From contig JBKBIN010000022.1 in assembly GCA_046296715.1 (NCBI GenBank), forward strand, positions 1-15,749: DNA of 15,749 nt. The letters are read 5' to 3'. The number at the start of each line of letters is the position of its first letter. Positions within the stretch are counted from its first letter, which is position 1. The notes beneath the pieces were generated by a model. The model saw only the letters and a list, made by a program, of their open reading frames with translations, did not search any database and was not told where the DNA came from. Below are positions 1 to 8,438 of this stretch, in pieces. The stretch comes from Candidatus Ratteibacteria bacterium (GTDB lineage Bacteria; Ratteibacteria; UBA8468; B48-G9; JAFGKM01). Both the position numbers and the translations under genes were made by a program.

Positions 1-344
1 TTTTTCAAAAGTAAATAAATTAAAATTGAACAACCAGAATGAAAAAAAATATTTAAAAGATGATAACCAACTGGATTTAATCCAGAAAATTTGTAAATTA
101 AAGAATATAGGAGTGTTTGTATTGGTCTATAAAATGTAGTTTTTTCTCCAACTCCTTCAAGAAGATTTTTTGTAAAATAGAATTTTATAAATCTGAAACT
201 TTTAATAAATGGGTTCTGAACAATTAATATTATGTCGTCAAAAATAAAGGGGTTTAATAAAGTGTTAAAATATACAAAAAAACAAAGAAAAAAAATTATC
301 TTTTTTTTATCGTCTGATTTTAATATACCACTATTTTTTCCCAT
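1..344 (-). CDS. N-terminal part (114 codons) of a TMTC-like / GT-C fold membrane glycosyltransferase (family usually carries C-terminal TPRs); runs off the left edge
   Basis: Manual translation from the ATG at 344 is open to the edge: MGKNSGILKSDDKKKIIFFLCFFVYFNTLLNPFIFDDIILIVQNPFIK...TFYRPIQTLLYSLIYKFSGLNPVGYHLLNIFFHSGCSILIYLLLK. It shows a TM helix followed by the FxFDD, YRP and GYHxxNxxxH motifs typical of TMTC-like proteins. Confidence 0.8.
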   Translation of the reverse strand, partial: MGKNSGILKSDDKKKIIFFLCFFVYFNTLLNPFIFDDIILIVQNPFIKSFRFIKFYFTKNLLEGVGEKTTFYRPIQTLLYSLIYKFSGLNPVGYHLLNIFFHSGCSILIYLLLK

Positions 345-392
345 TTCTAAATGCTTATTTTATCATTTTTCCCTTTAGTTTAAAATATTTAT
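345..392. promoter_or_regulatory. 48-bp divergent intergenic region with candidate -10 elements on both strands
   Basis: Plus strand: TAAAAT at 381-386, 6 nt before ATG 393. Minus strand: extended -10 TGaTAAAAT at 365-357, 12 nt before ATG 344. Neither gene has an SD. The AT-rich background lowers significance. Confidence 0.4.
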
Positions 393-2459
393 ATGGCTTT
401 TTTCCCTATAATTTTAAAAGGTATTTCTGGCATTTTTCTGCAATCAATTATTTTAAGAGAGATATTTTCATGTTTTTTTGGTAACGAATTACTTTTTAGT
501 ATAGTTATTTCTTATTATCTTTTTGGAGGTGCTTTAGGCAGTTATTTTTTTAGAAAAATTAGGAATTATGTAAAAGTTTATATTTTACTAACAATTTTAG
601 AGATTTTAATAATTATTTTTTTTATCCCATTTTTAAGATCTTTTGCAAATATAAATCAATTACTTTCAAACTTAAGATTTTTCATTTTTTCATTTTCTTT
701 TTCCTTTTCTTGTGGTTTTTTTGAAGGGGGAAGATTTATACTTCTTTCTTTTCTTTACAAACAAGAAAGAAATTCAGGAAAAGTTTATGGAATTGAGGGA
801 ATTGGTTTTTTAATAGGTGGCTTTTTTTTCTATTTTCTTTTATTTTTAAAAAAAGACATTTTTTTCCTGATTCTTTTTTCTTCCTTTTTCAATTTTCTTA
901 CCATTTTTTATTTTAGAAAAAATTTATATTTTATCTTTACCTCAATTTTAATTATTTGTCTTTTCCCTTTTTCAGAAAAAATTGAATTAGCCACATTATC
1001 AAAGAAATATAGAGAATTTAAAATCATTGAAAATCAGGAAACATTTTTCAACAAAATTACAGTTTTAAAAAAAGAAAATCAATATATTTTACTTTCAAAT
1101 GGTTTTCAAGAATGGACAAACCAAGTAGATTATTTTTCAGTTAAAAATATTGCTTTTTTCTCTCTCGCATACTGCAAAAAAAATGAAAGAATTGGGATAT
1201 ATGGAAATCCTGAAATAATAGAAGAGATTAAAAGATATAATGTTAAAGAAATATATTTCTTTGATATTGACAAAGAAAAATTTAAGTTTATCAAAAAGTA
1301 TCTTCTAAAATCAGAAAGTGGGAAAATTCACTTTTTCAATGATTTAAACAGATTTTTAAAAGAAAATGATATTAAATTTGACTGTTTTATTATAAATAGT
1401 AGTTTACCAATGACAATGAGAGAAAATTATTTTTTTACTCAAGAATTTTTTGAAAAGATTGGAAAGAATACTGATAATCTTTTAATTGTTTTGCCAGGAA
1501 CATATGATTATCTTGGTCAAACACTTTTAAATTTCCATTCTACAATTTACAAGACAGCAAAAAAATATTTCAAAAACGAACAAATAATTTTTACATATCC
1601 TATGATGATTGTCTTTTCAAATAATGATTTAAAATTGAATAGATTGCCTCTTGCTGACAGAGAATTTTTTAACGATAATTATTTAAACTTTGTTACTGAT
1701 GAAATTAAAAAAAGGCAATATCTTGAAAAATTAATTGATATACCAGATGACTTGAATAAAATTTCAAATCAGTCCTGTTTATATAAATCAATTGTCTACT
1801 ATATTTTTCATTTTTCTTCAAAGTTAGAAAGATCTTTGAATAATTTTTTTTCTATTTTAAACAAGATGAAAAATTTTCTGCCAATTTTCTTTATTATTTT
1901 ATTTTTTATTTCCTTTTTTTCATTCCGCTGTCCATATTTAAATATAATTTTCACAAATGGTTTTTCCTCTTTGACATTTGAGACAATTTTCATTTTTCTT
2001 TTCCAAATTTATTATGGTTTTGTTTATGGATTTATAAGTGGAATAATTGGAATTTTTATGACAGGTCTTTCTTTTGGGAGTTTAATTTCTGTTTTAAAAA
2101 ATCATAATAGAAAAACAGTTTATAACTCAGAAATACTACATTTTTTATTTTATCTTTTTGCCTTTCTTTTGCTTTTTAAAGGTAAACCATATTTATTTTT
2201 AATATTTGGTTCTGGATTTTTTACTGGATGGGAATTTGGAATAATCTCATATTTAATCAGAAAAGAAAATATTGTAGAAACAACTGGAAAACTTTATTCA
2301 ATTGACCTTATAGGTGCTTTATTCTCTTCTTTATTTTTACCTATTCTTTTTATCCCTCTATTTGGCATTTTTAATTGCCTTTTGTTAATAGTAGTTTTAA
2401 AATTTTCAAATTTTTTAAGATTGAGTTTGTCGTCTTTAAGATTTACATATATGAGATAA
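393..2459 (+). CDS. Fused membrane (MFS-like) / spermidine synthase-like SAM-dependent methyltransferase-fold protein, divergent
   Basis: About 7 N-terminal and 6 C-terminal hydrophobic helices flank a soluble domain. Family-like motifs are Q..LRE...F.GNEL, VYGIEGIG, NYFFTQEFF, FQIYYGFVY and LYSIDLIGA. Confidence 0.75.
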   Translation: MAFFPIILKGISGIFLQSIILREIFSCFFGNELLFSIVISYYLFGGALGSYFFRKIRNYVKVYILLTILEILIIIFFIPFLRSFANINQLLSNLRFFIFSFSFSFSCGFFEGGRFILLSFLYKQERNSGKVYGIEGIGFLIGGFFFYFLLFLKKDIFFLILFSSFFNFLTIFYFRKNLYFIFTSILIICLFPFSEKIELATLSKKYREFKIIENQETFFNKITVLKKENQYILLSNGFQEWTNQVDYFSVKNIAFFSLAYCKKNERIGIYGNPEIIEEIKRYNVKEIYFFDIDKEKFKFIKKYLLKSESGKIHFFNDLNRFLKENDIKFDCFIINSSLPMTMRENYFFTQEFFEKIGKNTDNLLIVLPGTYDYLGQTLLNFHSTIYKTAKKYFKNEQIIFTYPMMIVFSNNDLKLNRLPLADREFFNDNYLNFVTDEIKKRQYLEKLIDIPDDLNKISNQSCLYKSIVYYIFHFSSKLERSLNNFFSILNKMKNFLPIFFIILFFISFFSFRCPYLNIIFTNGFSSLTFETIFIFLFQIYYGFVYGFISGIIGIFMTGLSFGSLISVLKNHNRKTVYNSEILHFLFYLFAFLLLFKGKPYLFLIFGSGFFTGWEFGIISYLIRKENIVETTGKLYSIDLIGALFSSLFLPILFIPLFGIFNCLLLIVVLKFSNFLRLSLSSLRFTYMR

Positions 2460-2470
2460 ACAGGTATAAT
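2442..2470 (+). promoter_or_regulatory. sigma70-type promoter for htpX-larB
   Basis: TTTACA (2442-2447), a 17-nt spacer and TATAAT (2465-2470). The SD AGGAGG follows, just upstream of ATG 2496. Confidence 0.7.
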
Positions 2471-2495
2471 TATAGATTAAAAAGGAGGTTTTTAA

Positions 2496-3350
2496 ATGGG
2501 AAATAGATTAAAAACATATTTTTTACTTGGAATTTTAACTGTAATTCTTATATGGATAGGAGGATTTTTCGGAAGACAAGGACTTATAACTGCTTTAATC
2601 TTTGCATTTTTACTTAACTGGATTTCTTACTTTTTCAGCGACAAAATTGTCCTTGCTATGTATAGAGCAAGAGAAGTTAAAGAAAGTGAAGAACCATATT
2701 TACATTCAATTGTTGCTCAACTTGCCCAATCTGCCAAAATCCCAAAGCCCAAAATTTATATAATTAATTCAGCAACTCCAAATGCTTTTGCGACTGGAAG
2801 AAGTCCTAATAATGCAGTTATTGCTTTAACGACAGGGATATTACAACTTCTTGATGAAAATGAATTGAAAGGAGTAATTGGACATGAATTAACGCATATA
2901 AAAAATAGAGATATACTTGTTGCAACAGTAGCAGCAACAATTGCTGGAGCAATAACCTTTCTTGCAAGGATGCTTCAATATGTAGCATTTTTTGGTTCTA
3001 TGGATAGAGATGATAGGAAAGGCGGAAATATCTTTTCTCTTGTTGCAATTTTATTATTTGCAATTTTAGCACCAATTGCTGCTTTGATTATTCAACTTGC
3101 TATTTCTCGTTCAAGGGAATATCTTGCTGATGAAGGTGGAGCAAAAATTTCAGGTAATCCTTTGTATCTTGCAAATGCATTAAGAAAACTTGCTTTTGGA
3201 GTTAGTAGATACCCAATGAGAAGTGCAAATCCTTCAACTGCCTCCTTATTTATTGTCAACCCTTTTTCGGGACAATCAATTTTAAATCTATTCTCAACTC
3301 ATCCTCCCATTGAAGAAAGGATAAAAAGACTTGAAAGAATGTATGTATAA
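2496..3350 (+). CDS. htpX: Zinc metalloprotease HtpX (peptidase M48)
   Basis: PNAFATG, HELTH (HExxH), SRSREYLAD and [11 protein letters not shown] motifs; strong AGGAGG SD. Confidence 0.96.
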   Translation: MGNRLKTYFLLGILTVILIWIGGFFGRQGLITALIFAFLLNWISYFFSDKIVLAMYRAREVKESEEPYLHSIVAQLAQSAKIPKPKIYIINSATPNAFATGRSPNNAVIALTTGILQLLDENELKGVIGHELTHIKNRDILVATVAATIAGAITFLARMLQYVAFFGSMDRDDRKGGNIFSLVAILLFAILAPIAALIIQLAISRSREYLADEGGAKISGNPLYLANALRKLAFGVSRYPMRSANPSTASLFIVNPFSGQSILNLFSTHPPIEERIKRLERMYV

Positions 3351-4092
3351 AGAAAAGATAAAAGAATTGTTAAGAAATTTTAAAGATGGGAAAATAACAG
3401 AAGAAGAATTTATTGAAAAGTTAAAATATTTACCTTACATAGATATAGATTTAGCAAAAATTGATACTCATAGGTCTTTAAAATTTAATTTCCCAGAAGT
3501 TGTTTTCGGTCAGAATAAAACATATTATCAAATTAAAAAAATAGTATCAGAGTTAAAGAAGATTTATCCAAATCTTATTGTTACAAGAGTTGATGAAAAG
3601 GTGGCAAAAAAGATAAAAAAAGATTTTCCCGACATTATATATTTTAAAGACGCAAGAATTTTAGCATTTAAAAAAGAAAAAGAAAAAAACAGTGGTTATG
3701 TATGTGTAATAACTGGAGGAACTGCAGATATACCGATTGCTGAAGAGACATCTGTTACTCTTGAAATCCTTGGAGTAAAAGTTAAAAGAATATATGATGC
3801 AGGAGTTGCAGGACTTCACAGATTACTTGATAAAATAGAAATTTTAAATAAAGCAAAATGTTTGATAGTTATTGCTGGAATGGAGGGAGCACTCCCAAGT
3901 GTAGTTGGAGGACTTGTTGAAAGACCAGTTATTGCTGTTCCAACTTCTATAGGTTATGGTGCAAATCTTAATGGTATTGCTCCTTTATTATCTATGCTAA
4001 ATAGTTGTTCACCCAATGTAGTTGTTGTAAATATAAATAATGGTTTTGGCGCAGCATTTTTTTCTTATATTTCTTTTTTCTTAAATAAATAA
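3343..4092 (+). CDS. larB: Nickel-pincer cofactor biosynthesis protein LarB (PurE/AIR-carboxylase-like)
   Basis: AKIDTHR...[54 protein letters not shown] and MLNSC motifs. I prefer ATG 3343, which overlaps the htpX stop, over the TTG at 3331 given in the track. Confidence 0.92.
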   Translation: MYKEKIKELLRNFKDGKITEEEFIEKLKYLPYIDIDLAKIDTHRSLKFNFPEVVFGQNKTYYQIKKIVSELKKIYPNLIVTRVDEKVAKKIKKDFPDIIYFKDARILAFKKEKEKNSGYVCVITGGTADIPIAEETSVTLEILGVKVKRIYDAGVAGLHRLLDKIEILNKAKCLIVIAGMEGALPSVVGGLVERPVIAVPTSIGYGANLNGIAPLLSMLNSCSPNVVVVNINNGFGAAFFSYISFFLNK

Positions 4093-4661
4093 TATGTAGT
4101 AATTTCTCCTCTTGTCTTTTCAATTATTGTTCTTGCATAATCAATCTGTCTTCTTAAAGATCTTGTAATTGCATCTGGATATTGGAAATTCAAAATAAAA
4201 AAATAGATCTCATTCATAATTTCAAGATATTCTTCAAGATTTTCATTTTCTCCTTTTCTCATTTTGTCAAGAATAAATCTTCTTATTTCACCGAGGGATT
4301 CCGCTATTCCATGGAGATAACTTACAGGATCAAAATCATTTATTTCAGGGACTTCTTTATTAACTATAATCTCATATAATGCCTTTGCTTCAATTACTTC
4401 TTTTTCTGCTTGATGTAAGAAACCCTGATAATAAATTTCTGGATATTTTTTTAATTTATTTTTTATTTCCTTTAATTTTTTTATTGAACATTCAACTAAT
4501 TTTTTTGAATCTTTTAAATTTTGTTGGTGGATTTTTTTTATAGATTCTGTTGCAGTTCTTGTAATTTCTCTTAAAACTTTTAAAGATTCTTCTCTAACTT
4601 TGTCTTCTTCTTCAAGAAATTTTAATATTTTACTTGTTATTTTTTTTAGTTTTTCTCTCAT
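4065..4661 (-). CDS. Translin/TRAX (C3PO)-family protein, putative RNase
   Basis: All-helical 198-aa protein with D..RE.....REI.R, AEKEVIEA, YLHGIAESLGEIRR and LRRQIDYAR..IE motifs matching prokaryotic translin-family proteins. Confidence 0.85.
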   Translation of the reverse strand: MREKLKKITSKILKFLEEEDKVREESLKVLREITRTATESIKKIHQQNLKDSKKLVECSIKKLKEIKNKLKKYPEIYYQGFLHQAEKEVIEAKALYEIIVNKEVPEINDFDPVSYLHGIAESLGEIRRFILDKMRKGENENLEEYLEIMNEIYFFILNFQYPDAITRSLRRQIDYARTIIEKTRGEITTYYLFKKKEI

Positions 4662-5118
4662 AAAAGTTTTTTAGTTCTTTCTCTATTTCTAATTTGAATT
4701 TGTAATTTAAATCTTTATTCAAATTAACAGGTTGTTTTTTTTCTACTGGGTAAACTATATCAATAAATTCACTTACTGTAAGAGATTTACTCCCAAGTAT
4801 TTTTGTAAATTCCTGAACTTCTCTATCATCTGAAACGACTGAAATAGAAGATTTGTTTTTTTTATTTTCAAGTATTTCTCTTATTTTTTCATCCGCAGTT
4901 TTTTCATCTGAGAAAACAATTTTTATTTTTTTTCTCTGATAAAGTGATGGTTTGAATTTACCATCAAAAACAACTGTAATTTCAACCAAGCCGTGTTTAT
5001 TTTTATATCTTTCAAGAATATTAATTAAAAATTCCTGTGCAAACTCAATCCCATATTTTTCATATTTTTTTAAAAAACTTGTTTTAATCACATTAAATCC
5101 ATCAACAATATATTCCAT
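4630..5118 (-). CDS. NYN/PIN-domain ribonuclease, YacP/Rae1-like
   Basis: IVDGFNV, VVFDG, TADEKI and VVSDDREV motifs, with acidic residues D6, D52, D76 and D97/D98 retained. Confidence 0.88.
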   Translation of the reverse strand: MEYIVDGFNVIKTSFLKKYEKYGIEFAQEFLINILERYKNKHGLVEITVVFDGKFKPSLYQRKKIKIVFSDEKTADEKIREILENKKNKSSISVVSDDREVQEFTKILGSKSLTVSEFIDIVYPVEKKQPVNLNKDLNYKFKLEIEKELKNFYERKTKKNNK

Positions 5119-7851
5119 TCAATTTGAAAAATCTTTTTTAATCACTTTTATACATTTTTCACATAAATCTGGGAATTCACTATCCGTTCCAATTTCAGGG
5201 AAATGTACCCAACATCTCTGACATTTTTTATAATTTGTTTTTTCAACTCTTACATCAAATTTTTCATCATTTTCAATTTCAACTTCGGAAACAATAAAAA
5301 GTGTTTGTATTTTATAAAATGAACTTAAAAATTCAAAATTTTCTCTGTCACATTTTATTATTACTTTTGCTTCAAGAGAACTTCCTATTAATTTTTCTTC
5401 TCTTTTTTCCTCAAGTTTTTTAAGAACAACCTTTCTAATTTCAAAAAATTTGTCCCATCTTTTAATCAAATCTTCGTCCACCTTTTCTATTTCTGGCCAA
5501 TCTTCAAGAAAAATACTTTCATTTTTCTTATAAGGAATAAATTGATATGCTTCTTCTGCTGTAAATGACAATATTGGAGAAATAAGAACAAGAAGAATAT
5601 TTAATATTTTATTGAGAACAGTTTGACCTGCTTTCCTTTCAATTGAATTCTTTGAGTAAGTATAAAGTCGATCTTTAAGATAATCAAGATAGAAAGAAGA
5701 GAGAAATATATTGCAAAAATTATAAATTTCTTCAAGTGCCTTATTGAATGTAAAATTTTCGTAATATTCTGTCACTTTTTTTACAAGTAATTTTAATTTT
5801 TCTATTGCTAATTTATCTACTTCAAAAAGTTTATCATAAGGAATTTCATCTTCGTTTTTATAATCATAAATATTCCCAAGCAAAAATCTTATCGTATTTC
5901 TTATAACCCTGTAACTTTTAACAATATTTTTAATTATTTGGTCTGAAATTCTTATATCTTCTTGATAATTTTCATAGATACTCCATAATCTTAAAATTTC
6001 AGCACCATAATTTTTTATAATTTGCTCAGGAGTTATAACATTTCCAAGTGACTTTGACATCTTCCTCCCTTCTCCATCAACAACAAAACCATGTGTTAAA
6101 ACATTTCTATATGGTGCTTTTTCAAAAAGGGCAACAGATGTTATTAAAGATGTTTGAAACCACCCCCTATGCTGATCAGAGCCTTCAAGATATAGGTCGC
6201 TTGGCCATTTTAAATTATTTTCTTCTTTTAAAATAGCAAGATGACTAACTCCTGAATCAAACCATACATCAAGTATATCCATTTCTTTTTTAAAATTTTT
6301 ACTATCACAGAATGGGCATTTAAAACCTTCTGGCAAAATTTCTTCTTCTCCTTTTTCTATCCATATATTAGAGCCATGCTCTTTAACAAGATTGTAAATT
6401 TTTTCAATTGTTTTTTCTGTTAATATAGGATTGGCACAATTTTTACAATAAAATACTGGAATAAAAACACCCCATAACCTTTGTCTTGACAAACACCAAT
6501 CAGGCCTTAAAGAGACCATTGAAGTTATTCTATTGATTCCTTCAGGTGGAATCCATTTAACTTTTTTTATTTCATCAAGCATCCTTTGTCTTAAATTATT
6601 ATGATCTATCTTTAAAAACCATTGTTTTGTACTTCTGTAAATTACAGGATTTTTACATCTCCAGCAATGTGGGTAAGAATGTGTTATTTCTCCAGAAGAT
6701 AATAATGAATTATTTTTTCTTAGTTTTTCAATTATAACAGGATCTGCATTAAAAACATTCATCCCTTTAAATTCTTCAATTTCTTCTGTAAATTCACCTT
6801 TTTCATTAACAGGAGATAAAATTGGAAGTCCATTTTTTACTCCTACATAATAATCTTCTTCTCCATGCCCTGGAGCAGTATGAACACAACCAGTTCCTTC
6901 TTCTCCTGAAACAAATTCAGAAAGGACAACTTTTGATTCTCTTTCAAGTAAAGGATTTTTACAGATTATTCCCTCAAGTTCTTTACCTTTAAATTCTTTT
7001 AAAATATTTAGATTTTTTCCAATTATTTTTTCAATTTCTTCTTTTCTTTTTTCTGCAATAATAATTTTTTCACTGTTAATTTCAACTAAAACATATTTAA
7101 AATCTGGATGAACCATTATTCCAGTGTTTCCAGGAAGTGTCCATGGCGTTGTTGTCCATATTAAAAAATATGAATTTTCTCCAATCTCTTTCCCTTTATC
7201 ATCTATTATTTTAAATTTAACAAATATTGATGGTGATTTTTTTTCATAATATTCTATTTCTGCTTCAGCAAGTGCAGTTTCACAAGTTATACACCAGAAT
7301 ATTGGTTTATAAGTTTGATATATATATCCAGACAGATAAAGTTGTCCAAACGCCTTTATAATATCACTTTCATAATCAGGAGAAAGTGTTAAATATGGCT
7401 TTTCCCATTCTCCAAAAATACCAAGTCGTTTAAATTCATTTTTCTGAATTTCAACAAACTTTTTAGCAAATTCAAATGCCTTCTTTCTGAATTCAAGAAT
7501 ATCTACTTCATTTTTCTTTTTACCTATTTCTTTAAAAACTTGATGTTCAATTGGCATACCATGACAATCCCAGCCAGGTTTAAAGGGAGTATAAAAACCT
7601 TTCAAAGATTTATATTTGACAACTATATCTTTTAAAATTTTATTTAAAGCAGTTCCAAGATGTATATGTCCATTTGCATATGGTGGTCCATCATGAAGTA
7701 TATAAGATTGATTTTTTTTATTTTTTTCAATTATTTTATTATAAATATCAATTTTTTCCCAAAATTTTAATATTTCTGGTTCTTTTTGACTTAAATTCGC
7801 CTTCATTGGGAAGTCGGTTTTTGGTAAATAAACAGTTTTTGAGTAATCCAT
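5119..7851 (-). CDS. ileS: Isoleucine--tRNA ligase, type 1
   Basis: LHDGPPYANG-HLGT (HIGH region), GWDCHGMPIE, WTTTPWT editing motif, GTGCVHTAPGHG, EGSDQHRGWF, KMSKS and a C-terminal Zn finger CQRCW...LCEKC. Confidence 0.98.
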   Translation of the reverse strand: MDYSKTVYLPKTDFPMKANLSQKEPEILKFWEKIDIYNKIIEKNKKNQSYILHDGPPYANGHIHLGTALNKILKDIVVKYKSLKGFYTPFKPGWDCHGMPIEHQVFKEIGKKKNEVDILEFRKKAFEFAKKFVEIQKNEFKRLGIFGEWEKPYLTLSPDYESDIIKAFGQLYLSGYIYQTYKPIFWCITCETALAEAEIEYYEKKSPSIFVKFKIIDDKGKEIGENSYFLIWTTTPWTLPGNTGIMVHPDFKYVLVEINSEKIIIAEKRKEEIEKIIGKNLNILKEFKGKELEGIICKNPLLERESKVVLSEFVSGEEGTGCVHTAPGHGEEDYYVGVKNGLPILSPVNEKGEFTEEIEEFKGMNVFNADPVIIEKLRKNNSLLSSGEITHSYPHCWRCKNPVIYRSTKQWFLKIDHNNLRQRMLDEIKKVKWIPPEGINRITSMVSLRPDWCLSRQRLWGVFIPVFYCKNCANPILTEKTIEKIYNLVKEHGSNIWIEKGEEEILPEGFKCPFCDSKNFKKEMDILDVWFDSGVSHLAILKEENNLKWPSDLYLEGSDQHRGWFQTSLITSVALFEKAPYRNVLTHGFVVDGEGRKMSKSLGNVITPEQIIKNYGAEILRLWSIYENYQEDIRISDQIIKNIVKSYRVIRNTIRFLLGNIYDYKNEDEIPYDKLFEVDKLAIEKLKLLVKKVTEYYENFTFNKALEEIYNFCNIFLSSFYLDYLKDRLYTYSKNSIERKAGQTVLNKILNILLVLISPILSFTAEEAYQFIPYKKNESIFLEDWPEIEKVDEDLIKRWDKFFEIRKVVLKKLEEKREEKLIGSSLEAKVIIKCDRENFEFLSSFYKIQTLFIVSEVEIENDEKFDVRVEKTNYKKCQRCWVHFPEIGTDSEFPDLCEKCIKVIKKDFSN

Positions 7852-7854
7852 TTT

Positions 7855-8334
7855 TCATTCCCCTTTGATTTTCTTTACAAGTTTTGCAACTCTTCTACCC
7901 AGTTCTCTACATTCATTTTTAACTTTATTATCTGGTTTTCCAATGGAAACTGCTCCATAATGGTTTGATTTAGTTGTTCCTTGAATTATCATCCCATGAA
8001 TTAGCATCATTTGAATGATACCCATAATCGTTGTTTCGTTGCCTCCTCCAATAAGAGCAGAAGAAGTAAAAGCACCTCCAACTTTACCTTCAAGCAAGCC
8101 ATAATATTTAACTGATTCATCAAATAATTTTTTTATTTCATAAGAAGGCAGACCAAAATATGTAGGAGAACCAACTATTATTCCATCTGCTTCAAGCATA
8201 TCCTCAACTTTTGTATCTTCAATAGATTTTAGTATAACTTCAACACCCTCCTCTTTGACTCCTTCTGCTACACTTTTTGCCATCTCTTTGGTATTTCCAG
8301 TTTTTGAATGATAAATAATCAAAACTTTTCCCAT
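7855..8334 (-). CDS. Flavodoxin-fold NAD(P)H-dependent oxidoreductase (WrbA-like)
   Basis: IIYHSKTGNT FMN-phosphate loop, GIIVGSPTYFG, GKVGGAFTSS and GGGNET motifs; SD AAGGAGG upstream. Confidence 0.9.
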   Translation of the reverse strand: MGKVLIIYHSKTGNTKEMAKSVAEGVKEEGVEVILKSIEDTKVEDMLEADGIIVGSPTYFGLPSYEIKKLFDESVKYYGLLEGKVGGAFTSSALIGGGNETTIMGIIQMMLIHGMIIQGTTKSNHYGAVSIGKPDNKVKNECRELGRRVAKLVKKIKGE

Positions 8335-8380
8335 ATAGCCCTCCTTAAGAATATTTTTATTTAATAATTTTCAAGCATTC

Positions 8381-8436
8381 TTGTCAAATTAAATTTTAAA
8401 CTTGACAAAAAAAATTTCTAAAGGTAAGATTATAAT
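8381..8436. promoter_or_regulatory. Back-to-back sigma70 -35 elements; rightward promoter for the HAMP/pilin-FecR/HD-GYP operon
   Basis: Plus strand: TTGACA 8402-8407, a 17-nt spacer and TAAGAT 8425-8430 (a TATAAT also lies at 8431-8436). Minus strand: TTGACA at 8387-8382, with only a weak -10 (TTAAAT at 17 nt). Confidence 0.65.
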
Positions 8437-8438
8437 TG

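Noticed and set aside
275..930. A/T homopolymer runs of 7-8 nt as phase-variation tracts
   Set aside because: These are expected in very AT-rich, Phe/Lys-rich coding sequence, and the reading frames are intact.
4065..5118. NYN + translin-like pair as a type II toxin-antitoxin or anti-phage module
   Set aside because: The NYN protein is YacP-like rather than VapC-like, no small DNA-binding antitoxin is present, and the pair is embedded behind a housekeeping ileS with no mobile context. This is not fully excluded.
7852..8400. T-box riboswitch upstream of ileS
   Set aside because: ileS is 3 nt downstream of the flavodoxin-like gene, and the operon leader is short and AT-rich with no T-box motif or terminator.
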